Source of the DNA: an uncultured Ignavibacteria bacterium
Lineage (GTDB): Bacteria; Bacteroidota; Ignavibacteria; Ignavibacteriales; Ignavibacteriaceae
Length of the DNA stretch: 64,000 bases
Direction of reading: 5' to 3'
Assembly (NCBI GenBank): GCA_963711455.1
Contig: CAVQEH010000002.1
Span: 522,756-586,755 of the forward strand
The notes beneath the pieces are model-generated. The model made no database searches. It was not told where the DNA came from and was given only the letters and a program-made list of their open reading frames with translations. Shown one piece after another: positions 20,001-27,425 of the stretch; positions within the stretch are counted from its first letter, which is position 1, and the number at the start of each line of letters is the position of its first letter. The position numbers and the translations under genes are program-made.

Positions 20001-20679
20001 GATTACACGTTATCACGCACCATATACTTTGCCCAAGCTAAATACAAATTTTAGACTAATTGATGCTAAAACAAGTGCACCGGTCAAGTATGCATATCTT
20101 CCCGGATATATAAGTGGTATGTTTTCCTATCAATCACGAATAATCATTTTGCAGGATACTAAAACTGAAAGCGGACAAGATACAACTATCATTACTTGGT
20201 TAGCGCAGGTAGCAGGGGCTGATAGTGTTAGTTATCATCCTACTGCCGGCGATACATTAAAGCTGAGATTTAAAATACCATTTACAAGTCAGGATCAGCT
20301 TCAGATTACAACAACTTCAGCATCGGTAAATAATAAGCTCGCTTCATCACAGTTAGATAAAATAAGGGTTGTCCCGAATCCGTACCTTGCAACAACAAGC
20401 CAGGAAGCACCGTTACCTCCGACTATCACCAGCGGAAGAGGTGAAAGGAAAATATCTTTTATTCATCTTCCGAAGAATTCGAAGATTTATATCTTTACAG
20501 CAAGAGGTGAGCTTGTAAGAACTCTTGATATGCCTGCTAATCAGAGTATTGATGATGGTTCTGTGGATTGGGATTTACGCAGCAGGGAAAATATTGAGGT
20601 TGCTTATGGAGTTTATTTCTATCTGGTAGACGCTCCAAATGTTGGTCAAAAAACCGGTAAACTCGCTATAATTAAGTAA
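17050..20679 (+). CDS. 1209-aa secreted protein of unknown function with Asp-rich Ca-binding-type loops, an FN3-like module and a T9SS/FlgD-Ig-like C-terminal domain
   Basis: Signal peptide (…VFSFAQQ). Asp-rich loops DNDNDAVD, NNGIDDNLNGLIDEN and DDVGADGLADTHDAGEGDG. FN3-like region PPKPKLTIVPGDKQATLIWD...YKIYRS...RYFYAVTAYT. Tail VVPNPY...GVYFYLV...KTGKLAIIK. Confidence 0.8.
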   Translation: MRKYFIVIILFASTVFSFAQQNSDYIQWAKTHRGNSLYTRFGLLNGNRTAITYSNDGSIAGTNPTDLRGYWPYPATQDGYIGDVTPLVGIELPARDYNGDGILDTLHSVTITTGPRTGQAAKTDPNDGHFQGFGPEPGYVNTNQDTVAKNTVRNSWPPFWPDNPSWLDSTGKPVWDGYFGKGVERADQETFFVMDDAPDNNPQFRTNFKFHPDSTDTTRNGMGLLVSVRGMQWSQIQAQDVVFWLYDITNIGTTDYTKVCFGEVLGGCVGDVGQVYTDCSDDLGYFDLNNNLTYNWDSDDQTSDPLWIPINQVLTGVRRNTGFAGYAYLESPGNGFDAIDNDNDAVDPSSPVFQETDFQFNSSLGYISSRTLHKSNPGPLPNWPANKIVIIDPSTYERTVVLLDTLLHSLTDTVTIHSQGIAYRIYDGVTVTEIVNNGIDDNLNGLIDENHDLHYKRIFKDNNGVVIKTELRPLAYRNYLTGLGSNNTLIDERRDSGPGNMVSGYVPDYTQQPDPVTGKYPAIVKSHWSGDENGDWNPLKDDVGADGLADTHDAGEGDGMPTLGEPHFDKTDVNESDQIGLTSFNFFNQSASPPMNNNEILWNRMKPGYFDVIPLLPQDGDFIYSSGYFPLLSGRTERFSLALVFGADSSNIFKNKKIAQRIYNSNYDFLKPPPKPKLTIVPGDKQATLIWDSKAEAYVSFQGYKIYRSTDPGFTEGGGEPIATFDLKDSVNGYFVPASQDLAELPRFYLGSNSGLVHTFVDRNLQNGQRYFYAVTAYTSGDPNSNFYPAEDPKYVTINSDGSVSTDVNTSVVVPRSSVAGYQGPNAPSLLGPVPGTVPFGSGKVYLYVVNPAAVKNKTYRVTFSDQITNYVPVTQSYYVIDYTGGSAQDTLLKVPLTSKDTLVGDYDKYVFDGVYLSIENDWTIRYDTSRTRWNIVHPIKDYKISVSPFISANVEEVGIAYPHDINIVFDDSHTSADTSTQLVITRYHAPYTLPKLNTNFRLIDAKTSAPVKYAYLPGYISGMFSYQSRIIILQDTKTESGQDTTIITWLAQVAGADSVSYHPTAGDTLKLRFKIPFTSQDQLQITTTSASVNNKLASSQLDKIRVVPNPYLATTSQEAPLPPTITSGRGERKISFIHLPKNSKIYIFTARGELVRTLDMPANQSIDDGSVDWDLRSRENIEVAYGVYFYLVDAPNVGQKTGKLAIIK

Positions 20680-20688
20680 GAGGTTTTT

Positions 20689-21693
20689 ATGAAGAAGTTT
20701 TTACTAATGGTAATGATTCTTTTAATCGGAAATATCTATGGGCAGGATAAAGTAGGTACAACTGCAGCACCATTTCTTGGTATTGGCGCCGGTCCTACAG
20801 CTATAGGAATGGGTGGTGCTTTTGTTGCTGTTGCAAACGATCCTTCTGCTTTATACTGGAATCCTGCCGGGATTTCGAGAACAGGTCAAAACCAGTTTCT
20901 TTTCGAGCATACTAACTACCTGATCGGAACAAGCTATAATTATTTTGGAGGTGTTGTAGCTCTGGATGAAGATAATGCAATTGGTTTGAGTATAACCTAC
21001 CTGGATTATGGAAGCGAAAATGTTACAACTATAAATATGCCTGACGGTACAGGTGAAACATGGTCTGCAAAAGATATGTCTTTAGGTCTAACCTATTCGA
21101 GAAATTTAACTGACAGATTTTCAATTGCAGGTACTGCTAAAATGATATTACAGCAAATCTGGCATGAATCGGCAACCGGCTGGGCACTCGATGCAGGACT
21201 TTTGTATATTACGCCGTTCAATGATTTAAAAATAGGTATGGATATTTCTAATTTCGGTACTGATATGAGAATGACGGGTGAAGATCTTTACATAACCCAT
21301 AATCCTGATCAGTCGGTAGCAGGGGATAATAGTAAAATTCCTGCTGAGTATTATACCGATAGTTATCCTTTACCGCTTTTGTTCAGATTAGGAGTATCGA
21401 TGGATGTTATTAAATCTGAAGATAATACGGTTACTCTTGCAGTAGATGCATTGCATCCGAATGATAATGCACAGAGTGTGAATGTCGGCGGACAATATTC
21501 CTGGAATAACACTATTTATGCAAGGGTTGGTTATAAATCGATTGGTATTCCCAGTAGTGAAGAAGGAATAACTTTTGGTTTCGGTCTGGCTTATGAGGTG
21601 ATCGCAAATGTAACTTTTAAATTAGATTATGCTTATGAAAATTACGGCATACTGAGTAATATTCAGAAATTTGCTGTATCGGTTAATTTTTAA
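20689..21693 (+). CDS. PorV/PorQ-family-like outer-membrane beta-barrel protein
   Basis: Signal peptide followed by GTTAAPFLGIGAGPTAIGMGGAFVAVANDPSALYWNPAGI, the N-terminal signature I associate with PorV/PorQ (FadL-like) proteins. Alternating beta-strand pattern, ending in F. Confidence 0.72.
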   Translation: MKKFLLMVMILLIGNIYGQDKVGTTAAPFLGIGAGPTAIGMGGAFVAVANDPSALYWNPAGISRTGQNQFLFEHTNYLIGTSYNYFGGVVALDEDNAIGLSITYLDYGSENVTTINMPDGTGETWSAKDMSLGLTYSRNLTDRFSIAGTAKMILQQIWHESATGWALDAGLLYITPFNDLKIGMDISNFGTDMRMTGEDLYITHNPDQSVAGDNSKIPAEYYTDSYPLPLLFRLGVSMDVIKSEDNTVTLAVDALHPNDNAQSVNVGGQYSWNNTIYARVGYKSIGIPSSEEGITFGFGLAYEVIANVTFKLDYAYENYGILSNIQKFAVSVNF

Positions 21694-21817
21694 ATTAATT
21701 ACGTACATTTTTTTTTATTTATTTTTATTGTTGTTAATTAAAAATAAAATTTTATCCACTATATGAGAAAATCTTAGTATTATCATTAATTGGTTACAAT
21801 TAGAAAGGAGATCTTTT

Positions 21818-23299
21818 ATGATAAGAAGGTTAATAACCATGGCGGCGTTATTGCTTGCTTTTGGTTATACAAATAGTGCACTTGCTACCGTTGATGTTAC
21901 ATTTCAGGTGCATATGGGAATACAGATGCAGTTAGGTAATTTCAACCCCGCAACAGACAGTGTTGTTGTTCAGGGTGATTTCCAGACTATGGTCGGTGAT
22001 ACGGCTAATTGGTATGGAACAATGTTTCTTTTAACAGATACCAATAACGATTCGGTTTACACGATCACTATAACTTTCCCGGATTCATCTGTTACTCACA
22101 GTATTCAATATAAGTTTGGGATTGAACATAATGGTTCATCAACGCTTGAGCAGGGAAGTAATAGGACATATACTATAACTTCGGACCCAACCCAAACTCT
22201 TCCAGTTGTTTATTACAGCAACCTTTCCAATCCTGTGACTGCTAGTATAACTTTTCAGGCGGATATGGCTGAATTATTAAACGAGGGTTTCGTTCCCGGT
22301 TCGGATTCAATGGAAGTAATGGGTGATACCTCACCATTAACCTGGACAACACCGGGAGCTGTCCTGCTTCAGGATCTAATTGATCCAAATTTATTTTCTG
22401 TGACATTGACATTCATTGCGCAGCCTGGTAGTGCTGTTCAATGGAAATTTCATGGTGATCCTGCAAACCATTTCTCAAATGGAGGATGGGAAAGCGGAGA
22501 TAACCATACATTTACATTCCCAAGCCAGGATACAACATTAGCTATGGTTTCTCCAAATGTTCATATTGCTACGCCAACCACATCAGACAATACAGTTTAT
22601 TTCCGGGTTGATATGAACGGTGCGCACGAAAGATACCATAACACCTTAATAACGGGATTAAAAAGTGTTTGGATTGGCGGTGCTGCTTTACCGCTTCAGT
22701 GGCCCTCCAACTGGACTTTCCCTGATACTGCTTCGGGAATTCTCGTAAAAATGTATGATGATGCTAGTCATAGTGATTCAATTGCGGGAGATAATATATA
22801 CTCAAATATGCTCGTTTTTCCGTCAGGAACACCAGGCTTTGTTGAATTTAAATACGGAGCCGTTTTTGATGGTGTTGATACATTAAATGGCGGCGCAAGC
22901 TACCTTGATAATGAAGCAGGTTTTAGTCTTAATCATGGTCTTACACTAAATCTTGCCGGCGGTACGGTTTACAGGATTAATATGTTTGGTGATCAGGCAA
23001 CTGCTATAGAACAGGTGCCGGATAACAATATTCCTAAGACTTACACATTAAGCCAGAATTATCCTAATCCTTTTAACCCCACCACTAATATTGTGTATTC
23101 GGTTCCAAAGAGTGGATTGGTTACCTTGAAAGTGTACAATATTCTTGGACAGCAAGTAACAACATTATTCCGGGGATTCCAGAATACCGGAAAATATATT
23201 GCTACTTTTGATGCATCAAAATTCTCAAGCGGAGTTTATTTCTATCGCCTGCAGGCGGGAAGTACAACTCTTACAAAGAAAATGATGCTGATGAAATAA
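21818..23299 (+). CDS. T9SS cargo protein: three CBM-like beta-sandwich repeats plus a type-A C-terminal sorting domain
   Basis: Signal peptide. Three repeats start at VDVTFQVHMG, ASITFQADMA and TVYFRVDMNG. The CTD is NYPNPFNPTTNI...GVYFYRLQAG...KKMMLMK. Confidence 0.8.
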   Translation: MIRRLITMAALLLAFGYTNSALATVDVTFQVHMGIQMQLGNFNPATDSVVVQGDFQTMVGDTANWYGTMFLLTDTNNDSVYTITITFPDSSVTHSIQYKFGIEHNGSSTLEQGSNRTYTITSDPTQTLPVVYYSNLSNPVTASITFQADMAELLNEGFVPGSDSMEVMGDTSPLTWTTPGAVLLQDLIDPNLFSVTLTFIAQPGSAVQWKFHGDPANHFSNGGWESGDNHTFTFPSQDTTLAMVSPNVHIATPTTSDNTVYFRVDMNGAHERYHNTLITGLKSVWIGGAALPLQWPSNWTFPDTASGILVKMYDDASHSDSIAGDNIYSNMLVFPSGTPGFVEFKYGAVFDGVDTLNGGASYLDNEAGFSLNHGLTLNLAGGTVYRINMFGDQATAIEQVPDNNIPKTYTLSQNYPNPFNPTTNIVYSVPKSGLVTLKVYNILGQQVTTLFRGFQNTGKYIATFDASKFSSGVYFYRLQAGSTTLTKKMMLMK

Positions 23300-23321
23300 T
23301 CCCATCTATAATTGATAATAA

Positions 23322-23347
23322 GGGTCGTTGAAAAACGACCCTTTTTT
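23322..23347 (+). terminator. Rho-independent terminator
   Basis: GGGTCGTT-GAAA-AACGACCC hairpin followed by TTTTTT. Confidence 0.9.
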
Positions 23348-23461
23348 ATATATACACTGAGTTTGTAATTATTAATGCCTGACGGAACAGAAATGAATTT
23401 TATAGTTTATAGAGTGTAATTATTTTTAAGTAGTACAATTTGAAATTTCGGAAAATGACGC

Positions 23462-25252
23462 ATGAGTTTTAAACAGCGCATCTCTATTTCATTCTTTATC
23501 TTTATCACTTTTTTTTCAATTAATAATTTATTTGCACAGCCTGATACTCTGGCAATTGTAAATGGAGAACCGATTACAAGCGATGAGTTTATTGACAGGT
23601 TTGAATTAACTGTTTATCCCGGTAAGGGACTAAATGAAGATCTTCAAAAGGCTAAACAGAATTTTTTATATTCAATGGTTGCCGAAAAACTTCTATCGAA
23701 TGAATCATCTATGTCGTCTTTAGATAAAGACCCGTATGAAGATTATATAAAGAATGAAGTCACTGATATTTTTTTAAGGGATGCACTTTACAGGAAAGAA
23801 GTACTATCTAAAGTAAAAGTCTCCCGGGATGAAATAAAACAGGGTGTAAAATATTCAGGTTATAATTATATAGTTGATGCGTTTTATTTTCCTGATAGTC
23901 TTTGGGCAAATAGTTTTTATCAAAAAATAAATAATAAGCCGGAAAAGTATGTCTATCATATTTCCGATAGTTTAAATCTTTGTCACGACACACTTGAAAT
24001 TGGTTATGGAGAATCGGATGAGACAATTGAAGATGCTTTCTTTAGCAGGGATATAGGCTTTAATTCAAAACCAACAAATACAGTTGATGGCTGGATTGTT
24101 TTCAGAGTTATCAATAAAAATCTTAACAAGAAGTTTTCATCGGTTTCTACTGAAAAAAAATCTAAAATGGTTCATGATATAATTGCATACAGGAAGGGAT
24201 ATAGAATAGCCCGCGACTATATAGATGAAGTGATGAAAGGAATCGAGGTTAACTTAAATTATAGAATATTTAACCCGCTTGTGTATAAGATAAAAAGTAT
24301 CTTATCAACTCATCAGCCTGCAAGCTTTGAAGGAAGATATTATCTAAGCCGTCAAGAGCTTGTTAATTTAAAGGATAATTTTTCATTTGATCCCAGGGCA
24401 CCGATACTGAAATTTAAAGGCGGTGAATTATCTCTTGGATATATTTTCGATAATCTGTCTCTTGCGGGATTTGCCCCAGTCGATACATCGATCCGGCAAA
24501 TTACATTTTCACTTCATAAGGCATTAAAATTTATTGTGCAGAATTATTTTCTTGCCGAAAAGGCTAAAGAGCTTGGTTTGGAATCATCTTCGGAAGTGAA
24601 GTATAATACCCAAACTTTCCTGGATGCATATCGTTCAAACCGTTTTGAAAACGAAATTACAGACACAATAAAAATATCAGCCAAGGAATTAAATAATTTT
24701 TTCGAATCTCATAAGGATGAGGTTTTAAAAGATATTGAGCTGAGGCTGCAAATATTTTCGCCGGACAATATTGATGAAGCAGCCGAAGTCTTAAACAGGT
24801 TAAACATGTCTAAAAATTCACTTGAAGATACAACCGGGGCTGTCTGGTTTCACGCTTATCAGTTAGGAGAAATCGGGGCAGTCATCGCTGAACTGGATAA
24901 CGGAAGTATTTATGGTCCGTTATTTATGAATGGTAAGTATACAATATTCAGGCTTCTTGAAAAAAGATCAAAGATATCACAGAGGGAGATAAGCAAAAGT
25001 ATCCAGGCTGCGCAGGATTTATTGCTTGAGGAAAAAAGAAATGAAGCAATAAATAAATACCTTGCTAAATTAACAACCAGCCAGGCGACTAAAATTTTTG
25101 AATCAAAACTGGATAAAGTTGATGTGACACCTATTCAGATGTTAACATTCAGGTATATTGGATTTGGCGGAAAGATTATTGCGACTCCATCCCTTTATCC
25201 CCGTGAGGACTGGATCAATTATGTAAAAGATAAGAAAAAAATCCTGCCATAA
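23462..25252 (+). CDS. Periplasmic SurA/PpiD-like chaperone with a degenerate parvulin-like domain (putative)
   Basis: Signal peptide followed by LAIVNGEPITSDEFIDRF, typical of SurA-N-like domains. A weak parvulin-like region lies near aa 420-500. The call is tentative. Confidence 0.5.
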   Translation: MSFKQRISISFFIFITFFSINNLFAQPDTLAIVNGEPITSDEFIDRFELTVYPGKGLNEDLQKAKQNFLYSMVAEKLLSNESSMSSLDKDPYEDYIKNEVTDIFLRDALYRKEVLSKVKVSRDEIKQGVKYSGYNYIVDAFYFPDSLWANSFYQKINNKPEKYVYHISDSLNLCHDTLEIGYGESDETIEDAFFSRDIGFNSKPTNTVDGWIVFRVINKNLNKKFSSVSTEKKSKMVHDIIAYRKGYRIARDYIDEVMKGIEVNLNYRIFNPLVYKIKSILSTHQPASFEGRYYLSRQELVNLKDNFSFDPRAPILKFKGGELSLGYIFDNLSLAGFAPVDTSIRQITFSLHKALKFIVQNYFLAEKAKELGLESSSEVKYNTQTFLDAYRSNRFENEITDTIKISAKELNNFFESHKDEVLKDIELRLQIFSPDNIDEAAEVLNRLNMSKNSLEDTTGAVWFHAYQLGEIGAVIAELDNGSIYGPLFMNGKYTIFRLLEKRSKISQREISKSIQAAQDLLLEEKRNEAINKYLAKLTTSQATKIFESKLDKVDVTPIQMLTFRYIGFGGKIIATPSLYPREDWINYVKDKKKILP

Positions 25253-25264
25253 TTTCCCGTTGAT

Positions 25265-26128
25265 TTATTCTTCTTTGAGTAAAGATTTTTTACAGCTTTC
25301 AAGTGCGGCTAATTGTTCTTTTGGCAGAACCGGGTATGACATTTTCAGTTCTTCTAATGTTTCTACAATCACTTCTGATACGGCGTAACGCATATACCAT
25401 TTATGATCCGCAGGTATAATAAACCAGGGAGCGTGCTTTTTGCTTGTAGCTGAAATTGTTTCTTCATAAGCAGCTTGGTATTTATCCCAGAAATTTCTTT
25501 CTTTAATATCCGAAGCAGAAAACTTCCAGTTCTTTTCGGGAGTGTCTATTCTTTCCAGGAATCTTTTTTTCTGTTCTTCTTTGGAAATATGAAGGAAAAA
25601 TTTAATTGTTATTGTCCCGTTTTCATATAAATATTTTTCAAAATCATTTATCTCCCTGTACCTGTTGTTCCATACTTCTTTATTAATTAACTCGGGAGGA
25701 ATGTTCTGGCTTTGTATTAAATCGTGAACACGAACTACCAGGACTTCTTCATAATGTGACCGGTTGAAAATTCCTATCCTTCCTCTTTCAGGAACATTTT
25801 TATGGATTCTCCAAAGGTAATCGTGATCAAGTTCTGCAGTAGAAGGCTGCTTAAAGCTGAATACTTGTGTACCTTGGGGATTCAGCCCGGACATAACATG
25901 CTTGATTGTCCCGTCTTTTCCCGCGGCATCCATTGCCTGGAAGATGATTAATAAAGAATATTTATCGTAAGCATAAAGCATATTCTGAAGGTCTGACATT
26001 TTCTTAATGTTCTTAATCAGAATTTCTTTTGCATCTTCCTTTGATTTGAATGATCCTGTATCTGAAGCACTTGTTTGTGAAAGTAAAACTTTGCTTCCCG
26101 GTTTTATTAGATAGTCTGACTTTTTCAT
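25265..26128 (-). CDS. Polyphosphate kinase 2 (PPK2) family protein
   Basis: LLIIFQAMDAAGKDGTIKHV (Walker A-like), YLWRIHKNVPERGRIGIFNRSHYE and the lid region are characteristic of PPK2. Confidence 0.9.
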   Translation of the reverse strand: MKKSDYLIKPGSKVLLSQTSASDTGSFKSKEDAKEILIKNIKKMSDLQNMLYAYDKYSLLIIFQAMDAAGKDGTIKHVMSGLNPQGTQVFSFKQPSTAELDHDYLWRIHKNVPERGRIGIFNRSHYEEVLVVRVHDLIQSQNIPPELINKEVWNNRYREINDFEKYLYENGTITIKFFLHISKEEQKKRFLERIDTPEKNWKFSASDIKERNFWDKYQAAYEETISATSKKHAPWFIIPADHKWYMRYAVSEVIVETLEELKMSYPVLPKEQLAALESCKKSLLKEE

Positions 26129-26133
26129 TTTAT

Positions 26134-27123
26134 TTAATTCTGTTTCTTAGATGTAAATCTGTCTACTTTGTGATGAATTGGTGGTACAGTCTTTAAGTAA
26201 TCATAGATTGCATTCAGATCTTTATCAGCCATACCTGCATACGAATTCCATGGCATTGGTGTATTGAATTCACCCGGAGTTATAGTAGCATCTTTGTCAG
26301 AATATTGTTCAAACTGGTTTAAAAAATCTTTTCTTGTCCATCTTCCGATCCCGGTTTCAATATCGGGAGTAATATTAACCGACCTGACTATCCCTCCTTT
26401 GATTCTGAATTCTGTTCCTCCGGCAAAGGTCAGCTCATCATCCAGCTTCCCTTCTTTCATAGGAGTATGACAGTTTTTACAGTCTGCAATAGTAACCAGG
26501 TATTTCCCGTATTCAACAGAGTTTGATTCATCTATCGAATTTATCGGATCGTACGATTTTGGTGGAAATGTTTTCACGATCAGGTTCATTGGAAAATTAA
26601 TTGAACTTTGAGGGACTTCGTTTACAATAGGTTGAAGCGTTCTTAAATAAGCGATTATAGAATAAAGATCTTCCAATTTAAGATTGTGGTATTCAAGGTA
26701 AGGCATCAGCGGAAAGAGTACCCTGTTATCCTTTGTAACACCGGTTGTTATCGCCCTTAGCACTTCACCATTTGTCCATTCACCAATTCCCGATGGCGTA
26801 ATGTTGCCGGCATATATAGTTCCAGGCAAACCATCTTCAAATTTTTCTCCGCCCATACCTTCAGTTCCGGGAATAACGGGTCCGGAAAACTTTGTCCAGT
26901 CCCTTGTAGAATGACAGGAAAGGCATACGGTGACGTGATTAACGAGGTAATTTCCCCTTTCAATTCGCTGAACTGTTGGGAAAATTTCAACTTTCGGTGC
27001 CTGAATAGTTTTAGGGTAGTTGTTATTGAAATAAATATATCCACCGATAAGAATTATAATGATAAAGAGAAAAAAATATTTTATAATCCGGTAGATTATT
27101 TTCTTACTCTTTTTTTTGCCCAT
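26134..27123 (-). CDS. Membrane-anchored dihaem cytochrome c
   Basis: N-terminal TM helix. Two CxxCH motifs (CLSCH, CKNCH). Class-I cytochrome c patterns NITPSGIGEWT and NITPDIETGIGRWT. Confidence 0.85.
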   Translation of the reverse strand: MGKKKSKKIIYRIIKYFFLFIIIILIGGYIYFNNNYPKTIQAPKVEIFPTVQRIERGNYLVNHVTVCLSCHSTRDWTKFSGPVIPGTEGMGGEKFEDGLPGTIYAGNITPSGIGEWTNGEVLRAITTGVTKDNRVLFPLMPYLEYHNLKLEDLYSIIAYLRTLQPIVNEVPQSSINFPMNLIVKTFPPKSYDPINSIDESNSVEYGKYLVTIADCKNCHTPMKEGKLDDELTFAGGTEFRIKGGIVRSVNITPDIETGIGRWTRKDFLNQFEQYSDKDATITPGEFNTPMPWNSYAGMADKDLNAIYDYLKTVPPIHHKVDRFTSKKQN

Positions 27124-27360
27124 TTATTTGTTTGACCAAATTTTTAAGATAAAAAGCTCTATAAACCTAATGAAAAATTTGATATGTATAAAGAGAATAA
27201 ACATCGTTTCAAAAAATTAAAAACTATGATTGCGGAAGGACTCTTTTTAATCAGATGAAAATCGTGATAACATTTAAAATGACATTATCTTAATGCTCTT
27301 TATCTCTGATATATTATTCCCTCAATCATCATAACAATTCAGATTCAGCAATTTTCAAAC

Positions 27361-27392
27361 AAAAAAAACCGCCCTTGTTTAATCCGGGCGGT
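27361..27392 (-). terminator. Rho-independent terminator of the 27426-28418 cytochrome gene
   Basis: ACCGCCC / GGGCGGT stem (27368-27374 and 27386-27392), followed on the minus strand by a run of 7 T. Confidence 0.85.
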
Positions 27393-27425
27393 AGAATTAA
27401 TTACATATTATAAAAAAGGACATTT

